Shown in pieces: positions 34,675 through 44,035 of a stretch of DNA of 54,838 nucleotides. The number at the start of each line of letters is the position of its first letter. Positions within the stretch are counted from its first letter, which is position 1. The stretch covers positions 64,001 to 118,838 of the IMG/VR virus record IMGVR_UViG_3300044981_000022; one strand, given 5' to 3'. The DNA is from a virus (Duplodnaviria; Heunggongvirae; Uroviricota; Caudoviricetes). The notes beneath the pieces were generated by a model, which was not told where the DNA came from, did not search any database, and was given only the letters and a program-made list of their open reading frames with translations. The position numbers were made by a program, and so were the translations under genes.

Positions 34675-35400
34675 ATGAGTTACACTTTAGCAAACACAAT
34701 TTCCTGGTCATCTCCCTACATTCAAGGTATTCCACTAACGGCGTGGTCAAGTGCGGGCGAACCTGCGTTGACTATAGCGTCGATGATCCAAGCTACGATA
34801 AATGCTCCGCCTTTTATTTGGGCATTTAATCGCGCTGTCACGTCACTGTCGGCTGTACAGGGAACGGCAGACTATTCTGCGTCATTAACTGACTTCGGTT
34901 TCATCGAACAAGCATCGGTTACAGACCCGACGATTTCTGCACCGAACACCGGAACATGGCAGATAAAAGATGTCTATAATACTCAACCTTTGTCTATAAG
35001 CAACACCCAAGCTAGGCCAATGGCTATCGCTTTGCAGTCACAGGTTCCAGGAACGAGTCAGGTATTTAGATTAAGTGCTACTCCGGATAAGACATACACA
35101 ATCGGTGTAATTTATCAGCAGTCTCCTGTATTATTTACAGCATTGAGCCAACAGTGGAGTCTTCCAGATAGTTTCATTCCGATTTACAACAATTTATTTC
35201 TTGGAGAGGCATTAGCAGATTCAGATGATGTCCGATCACAGCAGTATCGTCAGCGTGGAGTCGCTGGTTTATTAGCCCGTGCTTCAGGATTGACCGACCA
35301 AGATAAAGCAACGTTTGCTGCTCAGTATCTACAGCAAGATGTCAACACAATGTTGGCAACACTTAGAACACAACAATCGACCCAGGCAAGAGCTTTGTAA
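34675..35400 (+). CDS. Second adaptor-like protein (distant paralog of 33220)
   Basis: Similar layout: APPFIWAFN vs AFPHPWNQ, and LFTALSQQW vs QFTSLSQTF. Confidence 0.5.
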   Translation: MSYTLANTISWSSPYIQGIPLTAWSSAGEPALTIASMIQATINAPPFIWAFNRAVTSLSAVQGTADYSASLTDFGFIEQASVTDPTISAPNTGTWQIKDVYNTQPLSISNTQARPMAIALQSQVPGTSQVFRLSATPDKTYTIGVIYQQSPVLFTALSQQWSLPDSFIPIYNNLFLGEALADSDDVRSQQYRQRGVAGLLARASGLTDQDKATFAAQYLQQDVNTMLATLRTQQSTQARAL

Positions 35401-38400
35401 ATGCCAGCACTACTTCAACAAGCCGGAGCACAGCCACAAAAACAACCTGCGTTCTCTCCTCTTTTTATAGATAGAAAAATGACGGGTTTGTATACCCAAC
35501 GAAATCCGTTACATGATCCTTCAGATGTTGTCACCGCAAAATTTTATGGTGGACGACCGGATTCGCTGTGGATGGGTTCTAATATCGAGTTGACAAATCG
35601 TTTGACTTTGCAACGTCGTCCTGGGTTGATTCCGTTCTCAACCGATTTATATCCGACACCGCCAAATAGAACATTTGCGTTTGAGTTAACAAACGGAACA
35701 ATTCAGGTTTTGGTGGACACAGGATCGACCGGGAACTTATCTATATCATCTGTTGCAAACGCTTCTGGTGGAACAACAGTTTATACCGGAGTATTTCCAA
35801 ACGGTGGAAGCAATGCGTATGTCGGATTGACTTTCCAGATCACAGGTTTTGTAACTAATCAATCTAACAACGGAACGTTTACTGTCACAGCATCTACTAC
35901 AACAACCCTAACTGTTAATAATACTAACGGGATTGCCGAGACTCATACTGCAACCGCTGTGTCTGCCGGAGCAGTTTATTATGATATTCAAAATGGTTCC
36001 ACTACATTACTGTTTCCAAAGTCTCCCGGCGCTGGACAAGGCTATTTTGTTGCAGTCGCTGGAATTTTGTATTACGGAGACGGTGTAGATCAAAAGATTT
36101 ACACACCGCTAAATACAGGCCCGAACGGAACCATTTTTGGATTCGGGGTACCTGCGCCGACAGTAGCCCCTACGGTTTTAATTACTGAAAGCGGAACTGC
36201 ATCTACCGCCTGGACCGCATCCACAGTATTTTCGACAATGGGTTTGGTGAAAGACACCGGAACCGGGGATATATTTCAGCTTTTGTCTGTAAATGCGTTG
36301 ACGACAAATACCAATCCTAACATCGGCACATCGGGTTCTGGTCAACCTCCGTGGAATCAGTCTCCGGGTGGAACAACCTCGGATACAACCGGCGGAGGTA
36401 CGATAACCTGGACAAATAGAGGGCCTATAGTTGCGTGGACTGCACGTACTGTGTACAACAATGCTACTTTGGGTGGAACTCTAGCGAACCCTTGTATTAT
36501 TTATGATCCGGTCACACAAGCTGCATATGTTCAGTCAACCGCCGCTGCCCAAGGAACTTCAGGAAATATAACTCCGACATTTAAGAAAGCATTAGGCCAG
36601 CACACAATTGACGGTAGCTGCGTGTGGATTTGGGTTGGGCCGGGAATTGGCGGATCGGGATTAGCACCGTGGTTGCCGAGTCAGTCGTATCCGTTAGTAG
36701 GAACAGTATCAAATAACTACGCTGCGACAGCTATAGTAGAATTAACAGGATTGAGTTCAGGACTTCCTACCGCTGCATCTGGGCAGACTTTATATCTACA
36801 GGTATCAGGTGGCGGAACATCTGGTTCAGGATACACGCCGTTTGGAACAACACCAGTATTAGCTGGAAACTTAATTAACGACAATCAATTGACGTGGATG
36901 AGTTTAGGCTCGTTTACATGGACAGCAACAACCGGATATAGTCAGTGGTCTGCAAACGGAACAGTTTTTTCTGCGATTGTGGATTCGAATAATAACTTCC
37001 AAGTTTGTATTCAAACCGGGGTATCTGGTGGTAGCCAACCAACATGGGGAGTCGGATACGGAGTCACAACTATAGATGGTTCAGTGATCTGGACTAATGT
37101 TGGGGATGCGATGTCCTGGGCAACCAATACAAAGTGGTTCCTTCCTACTCAAGGATTCTTTCCGCCTAACGGTGCGGTGACATTTGGCGGTGCATCAATT
37201 CTTGATACTAACATCCCGCCAGATGTAGAGTTCTCGATTAATAGCGGGTTAAGCGGAACTATACAACCAACATGGACCGGAGTCGGAACTTATATTGATG
37301 ATAACGGAACATCGTTTACGCTGAGTCAAGTTACGGTCGGTTCCGGAATTGCAACATACACAGGAACTGGATTGAGCGGTTTGAGCGGACAGCAGTTGAT
37401 TATTTCTGGCTTCACTAATGCCGGAAATAATGGTTATGTTGTAGCCAGAGCCGGAGCAACATCAACAACATTCACGGTTGCGTTGACAAGCCAAGTAAAT
37501 GAAACCCATGCCGGAACAGCGAAGAACGGATTGATCTGGTTCAATGAAGAGATATTCAGTACTCAGAGTCTAGCATTTCAAAAAGGGTACTCGTATGCGT
37601 ATTCATATAAATCCAGATCACTGACGGATTTTTATACTGTAGATGTTGCAGGAACATCTCAACCACCGATTCCTCCGGGGCTATCTGCGCCGTTGCCGTT
37701 CCCGACAGGAAGTCTGACAGGAGACGTATCGTCGGCTTCGCCTGCGACAGTAACCCCGACAGGTCCGAATCCGGGAGCGGTTTTAACAATTTCTGGACCT
37801 ATTTCAACTAACCCCGCAGTAGACACTATAATTATTTGGCGTTCTACTGACGGCGGCGGAACATCAAATATGTTCGAGTTGACAGAAATTCCTAACGCCC
37901 CTAATGGCGGTCCGGGGATTTGGTCATTCAGAGATTTCTTACCGGACGTAGCAACTACGATTGGCGGCGTTTCGTTTCCCGGCTTGAATCAATTGATAGA
38001 TGCTCCTATCGACGGTGTTAACAATCCGCCTCCTGCGGGATTCCTGCCAATGGCTTTTAACTTTGAGCGTATCTGGGGTAGTGTTGGTAGCACTGTATAT
38101 TTTAGTGGCGGACCGGATACATTAGCATTAGGCGCTGGTAATGGAAACTCGTCATTCAATATAGCGGACAGTTTGCCGTTCTTGGCTACAGTAGTTCGCT
38201 TGGTCAAGACCCCGCAAGGTCTGGTAACTTTTCTTACGGATAGTATAGAATTGATTCAAGGCGGTCCGTCAACTGCATCGTTCTTTTCTACGACTTTAGC
38301 GCCTGGAATAGGATTAGGTAACTACAACGGATTGGATGTCTATATGGGAGAAATTTTCTTCTTTAGTTCAGATAATCAATTAATGTTATTAAGTCCTAGT

Positions 38401-39126
38401 TTGAACGCATCGACATTCGGATTTCCGTTAGGAGATCAATTTGCTAATATTCCTTCTTCTGGGGTATCGGATACAACTTGGAATCCAGCAACTGTATATG
38501 TAGCAGTTCTACAATCTGGCATAGACAATGCTTTGTTTGTCGGAGACGGGGCAACTGGTTTTTATAGGTGTAATCCGCATCAAGTGCCCGGTTACGGCCA
38601 AGGGCCGCAGCCTGTGTGGAGTCCGTATGCGAACATCACTGGCGGCTGTAAGATGCTTTACACTACAGAGGTTCAGCCGGGAATTAAAAAACTTCTTGTT
38701 GGTTCTCCGTCTGGAAATAAACAAATCTTAGAACGCAGTTTAACCACATTCACGGATAACGGAACAGCGTACCCTGCGTTCTATGTTATGGGCAGTATTA
38801 CTTTGGCAAACTCAGGACAGATCGCAATTCTTAAGCATCTTGAGATGGATATGAATTCTGCGGCTGCGCCGACAGTAAGTTTCCTTTTGAATGATGTTTC
38901 GGGAACATTCACACCATTTACGTTAGCGCCTCGATTTGACCCTCCACAGGTGTATGGAACTCAGTTGAGTCCTCAAAGTTATAACCCACTACGGTACTAT
39001 TTTACTGGCGTTAATACTGTAGCGAGATGTCGTCATCTTCAGATTAAGGTGGCATTTCCAGCAACGGGTACTCCCGATGAAGTCTGGAATACCACGATTT
39101 TTGGGCGACTTTTCGTAGAAGCGTGA
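35401..39126 (+). CDS. Tail nozzle/stabilisation protein (P22 gp10 / T7 gp12-like) expanded by many inserted modules
   Basis: 1241 aa; NIELTNRLTLQRRPG start and CRHLQIKV end; internal W.A.T.Y...DG..W repeats. Confidence 0.6.
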   Translation: MPALLQQAGAQPQKQPAFSPLFIDRKMTGLYTQRNPLHDPSDVVTAKFYGGRPDSLWMGSNIELTNRLTLQRRPGLIPFSTDLYPTPPNRTFAFELTNGTIQVLVDTGSTGNLSISSVANASGGTTVYTGVFPNGGSNAYVGLTFQITGFVTNQSNNGTFTVTASTTTTLTVNNTNGIAETHTATAVSAGAVYYDIQNGSTTLLFPKSPGAGQGYFVAVAGILYYGDGVDQKIYTPLNTGPNGTIFGFGVPAPTVAPTVLITESGTASTAWTASTVFSTMGLVKDTGTGDIFQLLSVNALTTNTNPNIGTSGSGQPPWNQSPGGTTSDTTGGGTITWTNRGPIVAWTARTVYNNATLGGTLANPCIIYDPVTQAAYVQSTAAAQGTSGNITPTFKKALGQHTIDGSCVWIWVGPGIGGSGLAPWLPSQSYPLVGTVSNNYAATAIVELTGLSSGLPTAASGQTLYLQVSGGGTSGSGYTPFGTTPVLAGNLINDNQLTWMSLGSFTWTATTGYSQWSANGTVFSAIVDSNNNFQVCIQTGVSGGSQPTWGVGYGVTTIDGSVIWTNVGDAMSWATNTKWFLPTQGFFPPNGAVTFGGASILDTNIPPDVEFSINSGLSGTIQPTWTGVGTYIDDNGTSFTLSQVTVGSGIATYTGTGLSGLSGQQLIISGFTNAGNNGYVVARAGATSTTFTVALTSQVNETHAGTAKNGLIWFNEEIFSTQSLAFQKGYSYAYSYKSRSLTDFYTVDVAGTSQPPIPPGLSAPLPFPTGSLTGDVSSASPATVTPTGPNPGAVLTISGPISTNPAVDTIIIWRSTDGGGTSNMFELTEIPNAPNGGPGIWSFRDFLPDVATTIGGVSFPGLNQLIDAPIDGVNNPPPAGFLPMAFNFERIWGSVGSTVYFSGGPDTLALGAGNGNSSFNIADSLPFLATVVRLVKTPQGLVTFLTDSIELIQGGPSTASFFSTTLAPGIGLGNYNGLDVYMGEIFFFSSDNQLMLLSPSLNASTFGFPLGDQFANIPSSGVSDTTWNPATVYVAVLQSGIDNALFVGDGATGFYRCNPHQVPGYGQGPQPVWSPYANITGGCKMLYTTEVQPGIKKLLVGSPSGNKQILERSLTTFTDNGTAYPAFYVMGSITLANSGQIAILKHLEMDMNSAAAPTVSFLLNDVSGTFTPFTLAPRFDPPQVYGTQLSPQSYNPLRYYFTGVNTVARCRHLQIKVAFPATGTPDEVWNTTIFGRLFVEA

Positions 39127-39127
39127 C

Positions 39128-40348
39128 ATGGCAGATAATCAAGAAAATAATTACGGTTTACCGTCGAATTATATTCCGATAGAATCTGCGCCGGTGATAC
39201 CCGGTGTTCCACCAGCCAACGCTCAAATCGGCCCTGGTCAATATTTCGCAGGACCGTTAGCTAGCAATTTACAGCACGATGCTGCTTTCTATCAGACAAA
39301 GTACGGCGGATCGGCTGTTCCAGAGTTTCCTTTAATTCCTGTAACAGCATCAGGGAACGCCTCTTCAAATGCTAGTGTGACTTCGATTATTAAAACAACA
39401 GAAGTTATCGGGGGCAGCGGAGCGGCTGAATTTGAAACGAATAGCATCCCTAATTCAACAAACAGTCTTTTAAATCTTATCGCCGGAACCAATATAACTT
39501 TATCAGAGGCATTAGGTAATGTTACGATTACAAGCTCTCCTGGTATTCAATTAGAAACAAATTCGGTTTTGAATTCTAGTCAAACTGTATTGAATCTTAC
39601 CGCAGGTAGTAATGTCACTCTGACTGCCGGAGCAGGCGGTTTGGTCACGATTGCGAGTGTTACTCCGGCTTTAGAAACAAATGGAGTTCTGAATTCAAGC
39701 CAAAGTGTTTTGAATCTAACTGCGGGAAGTAATGTAACTTTAACTGCCGGATCGGGCGGTTTAGTTACAATTACAAGCTCTCCTGGTATTTTATTAGAGA
39801 CAAACTCAGTTGCGAATTCAAGTCAAACAACTTTGAATCTTATAGCTGGTAGTAATATAACTTTAACAGATGGCGGAGGCGGAGCTATCACTATTACAGG
39901 TTCTCCATCTTCTTCAACTCAAGCTATTCAAGCGATTACAACTAATTCTACTATAGGTACAGTAATAGGAAATACAGCGACAACAATTTCAATTATTTCA
40001 ATTGCATTTCCGTCATCTGGCGGACCATTTCGTGTCATGATTAGTTATTCGTTATATCTAAATTTTGCCGGAATCACGAATGTTCCCGAAATAGATTTTT
40101 GGGTTTCGGACGGAACAAACACTATGGCGGGTGTCGAAACCGGCCAATCTAATGCATCGTCTGGCGGAAGAACTTCTGCCAGCTACGGCGGAATTAGTAC
40201 GGTTAGCTACGCTAATAGTGCAATAAAAACTTTTACATTATTTGGGATACAACCCGGTTCGGCAGGAGCAGTTGTTGAAAATTCTGCAACAAATGGTTCG
40301 GGTCCTGGGAGTACATTTCAGATAACTGTATTCACGAGTGCAGTTTAA
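39128..40348 (+). CDS. Tail fibre/needle-like protein with four tandem repeats
   Basis: (L/F)ETNS..NSSQTVLNLTAGSNVTLT.G.GGLVTI x4. Confidence 0.65.
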   Translation: MADNQENNYGLPSNYIPIESAPVIPGVPPANAQIGPGQYFAGPLASNLQHDAAFYQTKYGGSAVPEFPLIPVTASGNASSNASVTSIIKTTEVIGGSGAAEFETNSIPNSTNSLLNLIAGTNITLSEALGNVTITSSPGIQLETNSVLNSSQTVLNLTAGSNVTLTAGAGGLVTIASVTPALETNGVLNSSQSVLNLTAGSNVTLTAGSGGLVTITSSPGILLETNSVANSSQTTLNLIAGSNITLTDGGGGAITITGSPSSSTQAIQAITTNSTIGTVIGNTATTISIISIAFPSSGGPFRVMISYSLYLNFAGITNVPEIDFWVSDGTNTMAGVETGQSNASSGGRTSASYGGISTVSYANSAIKTFTLFGIQPGSAGAVVENSATNGSGPGSTFQITVFTSAV

Positions 40349-40602
40349 TGGGAAACGAATACTCAAACGCTAGTTATAAGCTAGCCGCCGATAAGCGAAA
40401 AGATGACGGCAACCGTTCTAGAATTGTTATCGAGCCAGCAGAATCTGAAGATAAACCGGTTCGTCCTGCGCAACCAACTTGGAAACACAACCTCCCGGAT
40501 GTCAACGATGAAAACTCATATGATAAGAATACCATTACTCCGGAACAGATGAAAGAATCCGGATGGACAAAGGGAAAACCGGAACCGGTTAAACAGACAT
40601 GA
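40348..40602 (+). CDS. Hypothetical protein
   Basis: 84 aa; start overlaps the previous stop. Confidence 0.55.
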   Translation: MGNEYSNASYKLAADKRKDDGNRSRIVIEPAESEDKPVRPAQPTWKHNLPDVNDENSYDKNTITPEQMKESGWTKGKPEPVKQT

Positions 40603-41024
40603 AATTTACAAATACTCTAGAATCGGATATCGAGCAGTTGACTGAATGGATCGCAGCGGACCCCTACCACAAAGATTGTTTAAATCCTCGGTGGTGGCTT
40701 ACGGGTGCAGAAAACGCGCTGACTTGTTTTTGCGCTCAAGATGAAACCGGTCCTGTAATATATGTCAGACTAGATAAGGAAAATGATTTATTAAGGTTTC
40801 ATGCTCAGTTCGGGCCAGAATCAGAAGTGAGCAAATCGAGGGTAGCGAAGGCTATCATAAAAGGGATACCGGTATTAGAACAATATGCAAAAGCAGAGAA
40901 ATTAAAGGGACTGGTTTATAAATCCACTAGTGAGGCATTGATTCAATTTTTGCAGATAAGTTTTGGATTTACGCCAACGGGCGCTAACGACGATTACTTT
41001 ATGCCGTTCAAGCAGGAAGGGTAA
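40599..41024 (+). CDS. Possible GNAT-fold protein (P22 gp14-like position)
   Basis: Position just before the ejection proteins; alpha/beta pattern ending L...FGF. Confidence 0.4.
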   Translation: MKFTNTLESDIEQLTEWIAADPYHKDCLNPRWWLTGAENALTCFCAQDETGPVIYVRLDKENDLLRFHAQFGPESEVSKSRVAKAIIKGIPVLEQYAKAEKLKGLVYKSTSEALIQFLQISFGFTPTGANDDYFMPFKQEG

Positions 41025-41028
41025 TTCT

Positions 41029-41700
41029 ATTTGTGGACCATCGAATGCAGAGTACGCTGCTCAAAATGAGCAGACTAGTTTAACATCTTCTATTCAAGCT
41101 GCGTTCAATGGCCGCTTTGCTAGCCAAACTCAGATTAATAACCTGCTCCAGAATTCTCTTACTCCTATAGCAGAAGCCGGTCCTAGTCAACAGGGAATAT
41201 CTCCACAAGAATTAGCGAGTCTTAATACCTCGGCCATAGATACAAACGCAGCAGCAGCACGTAACGCTCGTCAGGCAGCCGGTAACGCATTTGCCGGTCA
41301 AGGTGGTGGAGGAACTTCAGGTTTGGAGTCTGGTATTCAAGCACAGGTTTCCGGAGCTATTAATGCCACAGAAGCCGGTAATTTAGCGAATACCCAGAAT
41401 CAAATTGTTCAAAAGAATTATGATGTTGGCAGACAAAACTGGCAGACCGCAGAAGCAGGATTAAGTGCGTTGTCAGGTCAGATGAACCCAGGTCAATTCA
41501 GTGGTCAGGCTATTCAGTCTAACCAGGCTGCGTTCCAGCAAGCTGATACTATTGCTCAACAAAAGAATCAGGAAGAAGCAGAAATAGCAGGAATGGCAAC
41601 TTCCGGAGTAGAAGCTTTAGCTGGCGGAATCGGTAACTTGGATACAACAGGTAGTTCAACCGGCTTTGAACAGTTCCAGAATTTCTTAAGTGGAATATAG
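41029..41700 (+). CDS. Ejection (internal virion) protein, gp7-like; probable ATT start
   Basis: A/Q/G/S-rich helical protein; ATT-TGT-GGA lies 7 nt after GGAAGGG. Confidence 0.55.
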   Translation: MCGPSNAEYAAQNEQTSLTSSIQAAFNGRFASQTQINNLLQNSLTPIAEAGPSQQGISPQELASLNTSAIDTNAAAARNARQAAGNAFAGQGGGGTSGLESGIQAQVSGAINATEAGNLANTQNQIVQKNYDVGRQNWQTAEAGLSALSGQMNPGQFSGQAIQSNQAAFQQADTIAQQKNQEEAEIAGMATSGVEALAGGIGNLDTTGSSTGFEQFQNFLSGI

Positions 41701-41710
41701 GATAAATTAG

Positions 41711-44035
41711 ATGGCCTTTGAAAATATTTCTGATGCCGCAGTTCAGGCGCTACAAGCTCAACCGACTCTCCCACAACCGGGGGCTAATGCCGATTTAACA
41801 AATCCTTCTGCGCCTGATTTACAATCAAACGTTGGAGTAACAGCGTTAAACCCTCTACAAACTCCGCAACCACAACCGCCAACACCCCTAACATTCGCTG
41901 AAAAGCTTCATGCTGCGGCGAATAAATTAGGTATAGCTCCGGGACCGGGCGGGTGGGCGAGGTCGCTCGTGGGTGCCGGATTAGAAGCACTAGGACCGAC
42001 ATCGAAAGCCATTCAAAGTGTAGGAGCCAGTCTAGGTGATACAGCCGCTATCGGAACAGTCCCGGCTGGCGGCGGAGCGTTAACAGGAATAGGACGTACT
42101 CTAGGAGCACGTAATCAGCGTCAACAGCAGCAACAGATGCAGGCGTCTGAGATTGATAAGAACAAAGCTTTGATGGCTCAAGCTAATGTTCAGATGATGA
42201 AAGAGCAGCGACTGATCCATAACATGGATGAAGAAGCCAAACAGACAAGTCTTACAAACGGTAAAGCTCAGTTAGACGCTATGACTGCATCCGGTCAAGA
42301 ATTCAATGTCATAGCAAAAGATTTGACATACGATAAAATTCCTGATTTTCTTAAGAATAATGGAATAGACCCGACAAAAGAAACTGCGGTTCCGACAGGC
42401 ATAAAGACAATAGGTCAAGATAAAGATGGAAAACCGATCACTGCGTTGACTTATACTTTAACACAGGTTCCAGAGAGTATTACATTAGACTCAGAAAATT
42501 CTAAACAGAAAGGAGCACTTGACCTTCTTAATAAGTATAATCCTCCATCGGGCGGCGGGAAGTGGGATGGCACCACGATGACTGGAGTTCAATATAATTT
42601 GTTGATGCAACAGGCCCATAATAAAGTTGCGTCACAATTAGCTGCGGATAGAGCCGCGCTAGCAGCAGGTTTCCAGGAAACTGAAATTAAGAAGGGTAAG
42701 GAAGCTTTGGATTTCGGGCAAGACCCGAATGTTTTGAATGCTCTAGCCCATGCTACAAATCAGAACGGTGTCCCGGATTTTATTTCTGCAAGAAATGCTT
42801 TGTTGGCTGCGTCACAAAATAAGAATAGTCCGTTATATGGAAAGTATCAGAATATCGATAACGATATGCGTCAAGCTTTAGGATATACAGAAAATTCTAA
42901 AGGCGACCGAACATATGTATACGATAAGATGATTGAAGATTATCAGAAGAAAGCAGATGCCGGTGTAGAACAATTAGCTGACTACAAGAAAGAATTAAAT
43001 AATGCAGACGGTGAGAAAGCTGCCTCAATCGCAGCCGGACTGGATGCAAAGATAAAAGACCCGAATACTCCTCCATCGCTAAAGCCACAGTATCAAAGAA
43101 TGTACGATCAGGCAATCGCTCAGAGAGACGCGAGCTTGAAGTATTCTGAAGATAAGAAAGCACGTGAAACTGCTGCGGAAAATGCGGCTATCTCTGGAGA
43201 TATTGGGCCGTTAACTGATATGGTTTTGTCATACGAATACGAACCTAATGATTTGTTTTCACGTTTGAAGGGAAAGAAACAATTGGATGATTTCTTGACA
43301 AATATTCATAAGACAGACCCTACATGGAGTCAAGCTAAGTATAAACAGCGTTATAGTATGCAGCAGGAGTTGGCTTCAGATAAGTTGAATAGTATGGGCG
43401 GACAGGTAGATAGTTTGAACAGATTCGCTTTCCATACTGCATCAGCAAATCGCGCTATTCAGGATTTACGTAACTTAGGTTCTCCAATTATAGACACACC
43501 AATAAACAAGATCAAAGCAGGGACAGTTGGTTTTCCTGAAGCGCAATCATTTATGATTAAGGCCGAAACTGCAAAAGACGAATATCTAAACTTCATTAAG
43601 AACGGTCACGTTCCTCCAACAGAGCAGGAAGAGAGACTGGCTGCGGCTGTTAATAGAGATAGAACTCCAGCAGAGTTACAAGACACATTCCGTGCTATGG
43701 CAGAATTAGTAGCTGGTCGTGCTAAAGGAATGAACGGTAGATACAGTACGATTATGGACGGAGGAAGTATACCGGGACTTCTCCAGCCGGATACTGAAAA
43801 TATTCTACGTCAGTTCGGAGTAGATACGCAAGCTATCTATAACACGACTGGAATAACCAGTACAAGCTCAGATATAAATAAATCTCCGGCTCAAAAGGAA
43901 GCAGATAGAAAGAGTCTTCCTCCAGTTGCACAGGGAATGGCCCGTGTAAAGCTTCCTAGCGGAAACATGATGGACTTTCCAGCAGGTAGTGACCAATATA
44001 AGAAAGCTATAGCAGCGGGAGCCGTGGCACAGTAA
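41711..44035 (+). CDS. Ejection (internal virion) protein, gp20-like
   Basis: 774 aa, helical; position between small and giant ejection proteins. Confidence 0.55.
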   Translation: MAFENISDAAVQALQAQPTLPQPGANADLTNPSAPDLQSNVGVTALNPLQTPQPQPPTPLTFAEKLHAAANKLGIAPGPGGWARSLVGAGLEALGPTSKAIQSVGASLGDTAAIGTVPAGGGALTGIGRTLGARNQRQQQQQMQASEIDKNKALMAQANVQMMKEQRLIHNMDEEAKQTSLTNGKAQLDAMTASGQEFNVIAKDLTYDKIPDFLKNNGIDPTKETAVPTGIKTIGQDKDGKPITALTYTLTQVPESITLDSENSKQKGALDLLNKYNPPSGGGKWDGTTMTGVQYNLLMQQAHNKVASQLAADRAALAAGFQETEIKKGKEALDFGQDPNVLNALAHATNQNGVPDFISARNALLAASQNKNSPLYGKYQNIDNDMRQALGYTENSKGDRTYVYDKMIEDYQKKADAGVEQLADYKKELNNADGEKAASIAAGLDAKIKDPNTPPSLKPQYQRMYDQAIAQRDASLKYSEDKKARETAAENAAISGDIGPLTDMVLSYEYEPNDLFSRLKGKKQLDDFLTNIHKTDPTWSQAKYKQRYSMQQELASDKLNSMGGQVDSLNRFAFHTASANRAIQDLRNLGSPIIDTPINKIKAGTVGFPEAQSFMIKAETAKDEYLNFIKNGHVPPTEQEERLAAAVNRDRTPAELQDTFRAMAELVAGRAKGMNGRYSTIMDGGSIPGLLQPDTENILRQFGVDTQAIYNTTGITSTSSDINKSPAQKEADRKSLPPVAQGMARVKLPSGNMMDFPAGSDQYKKAIAAGAVAQ

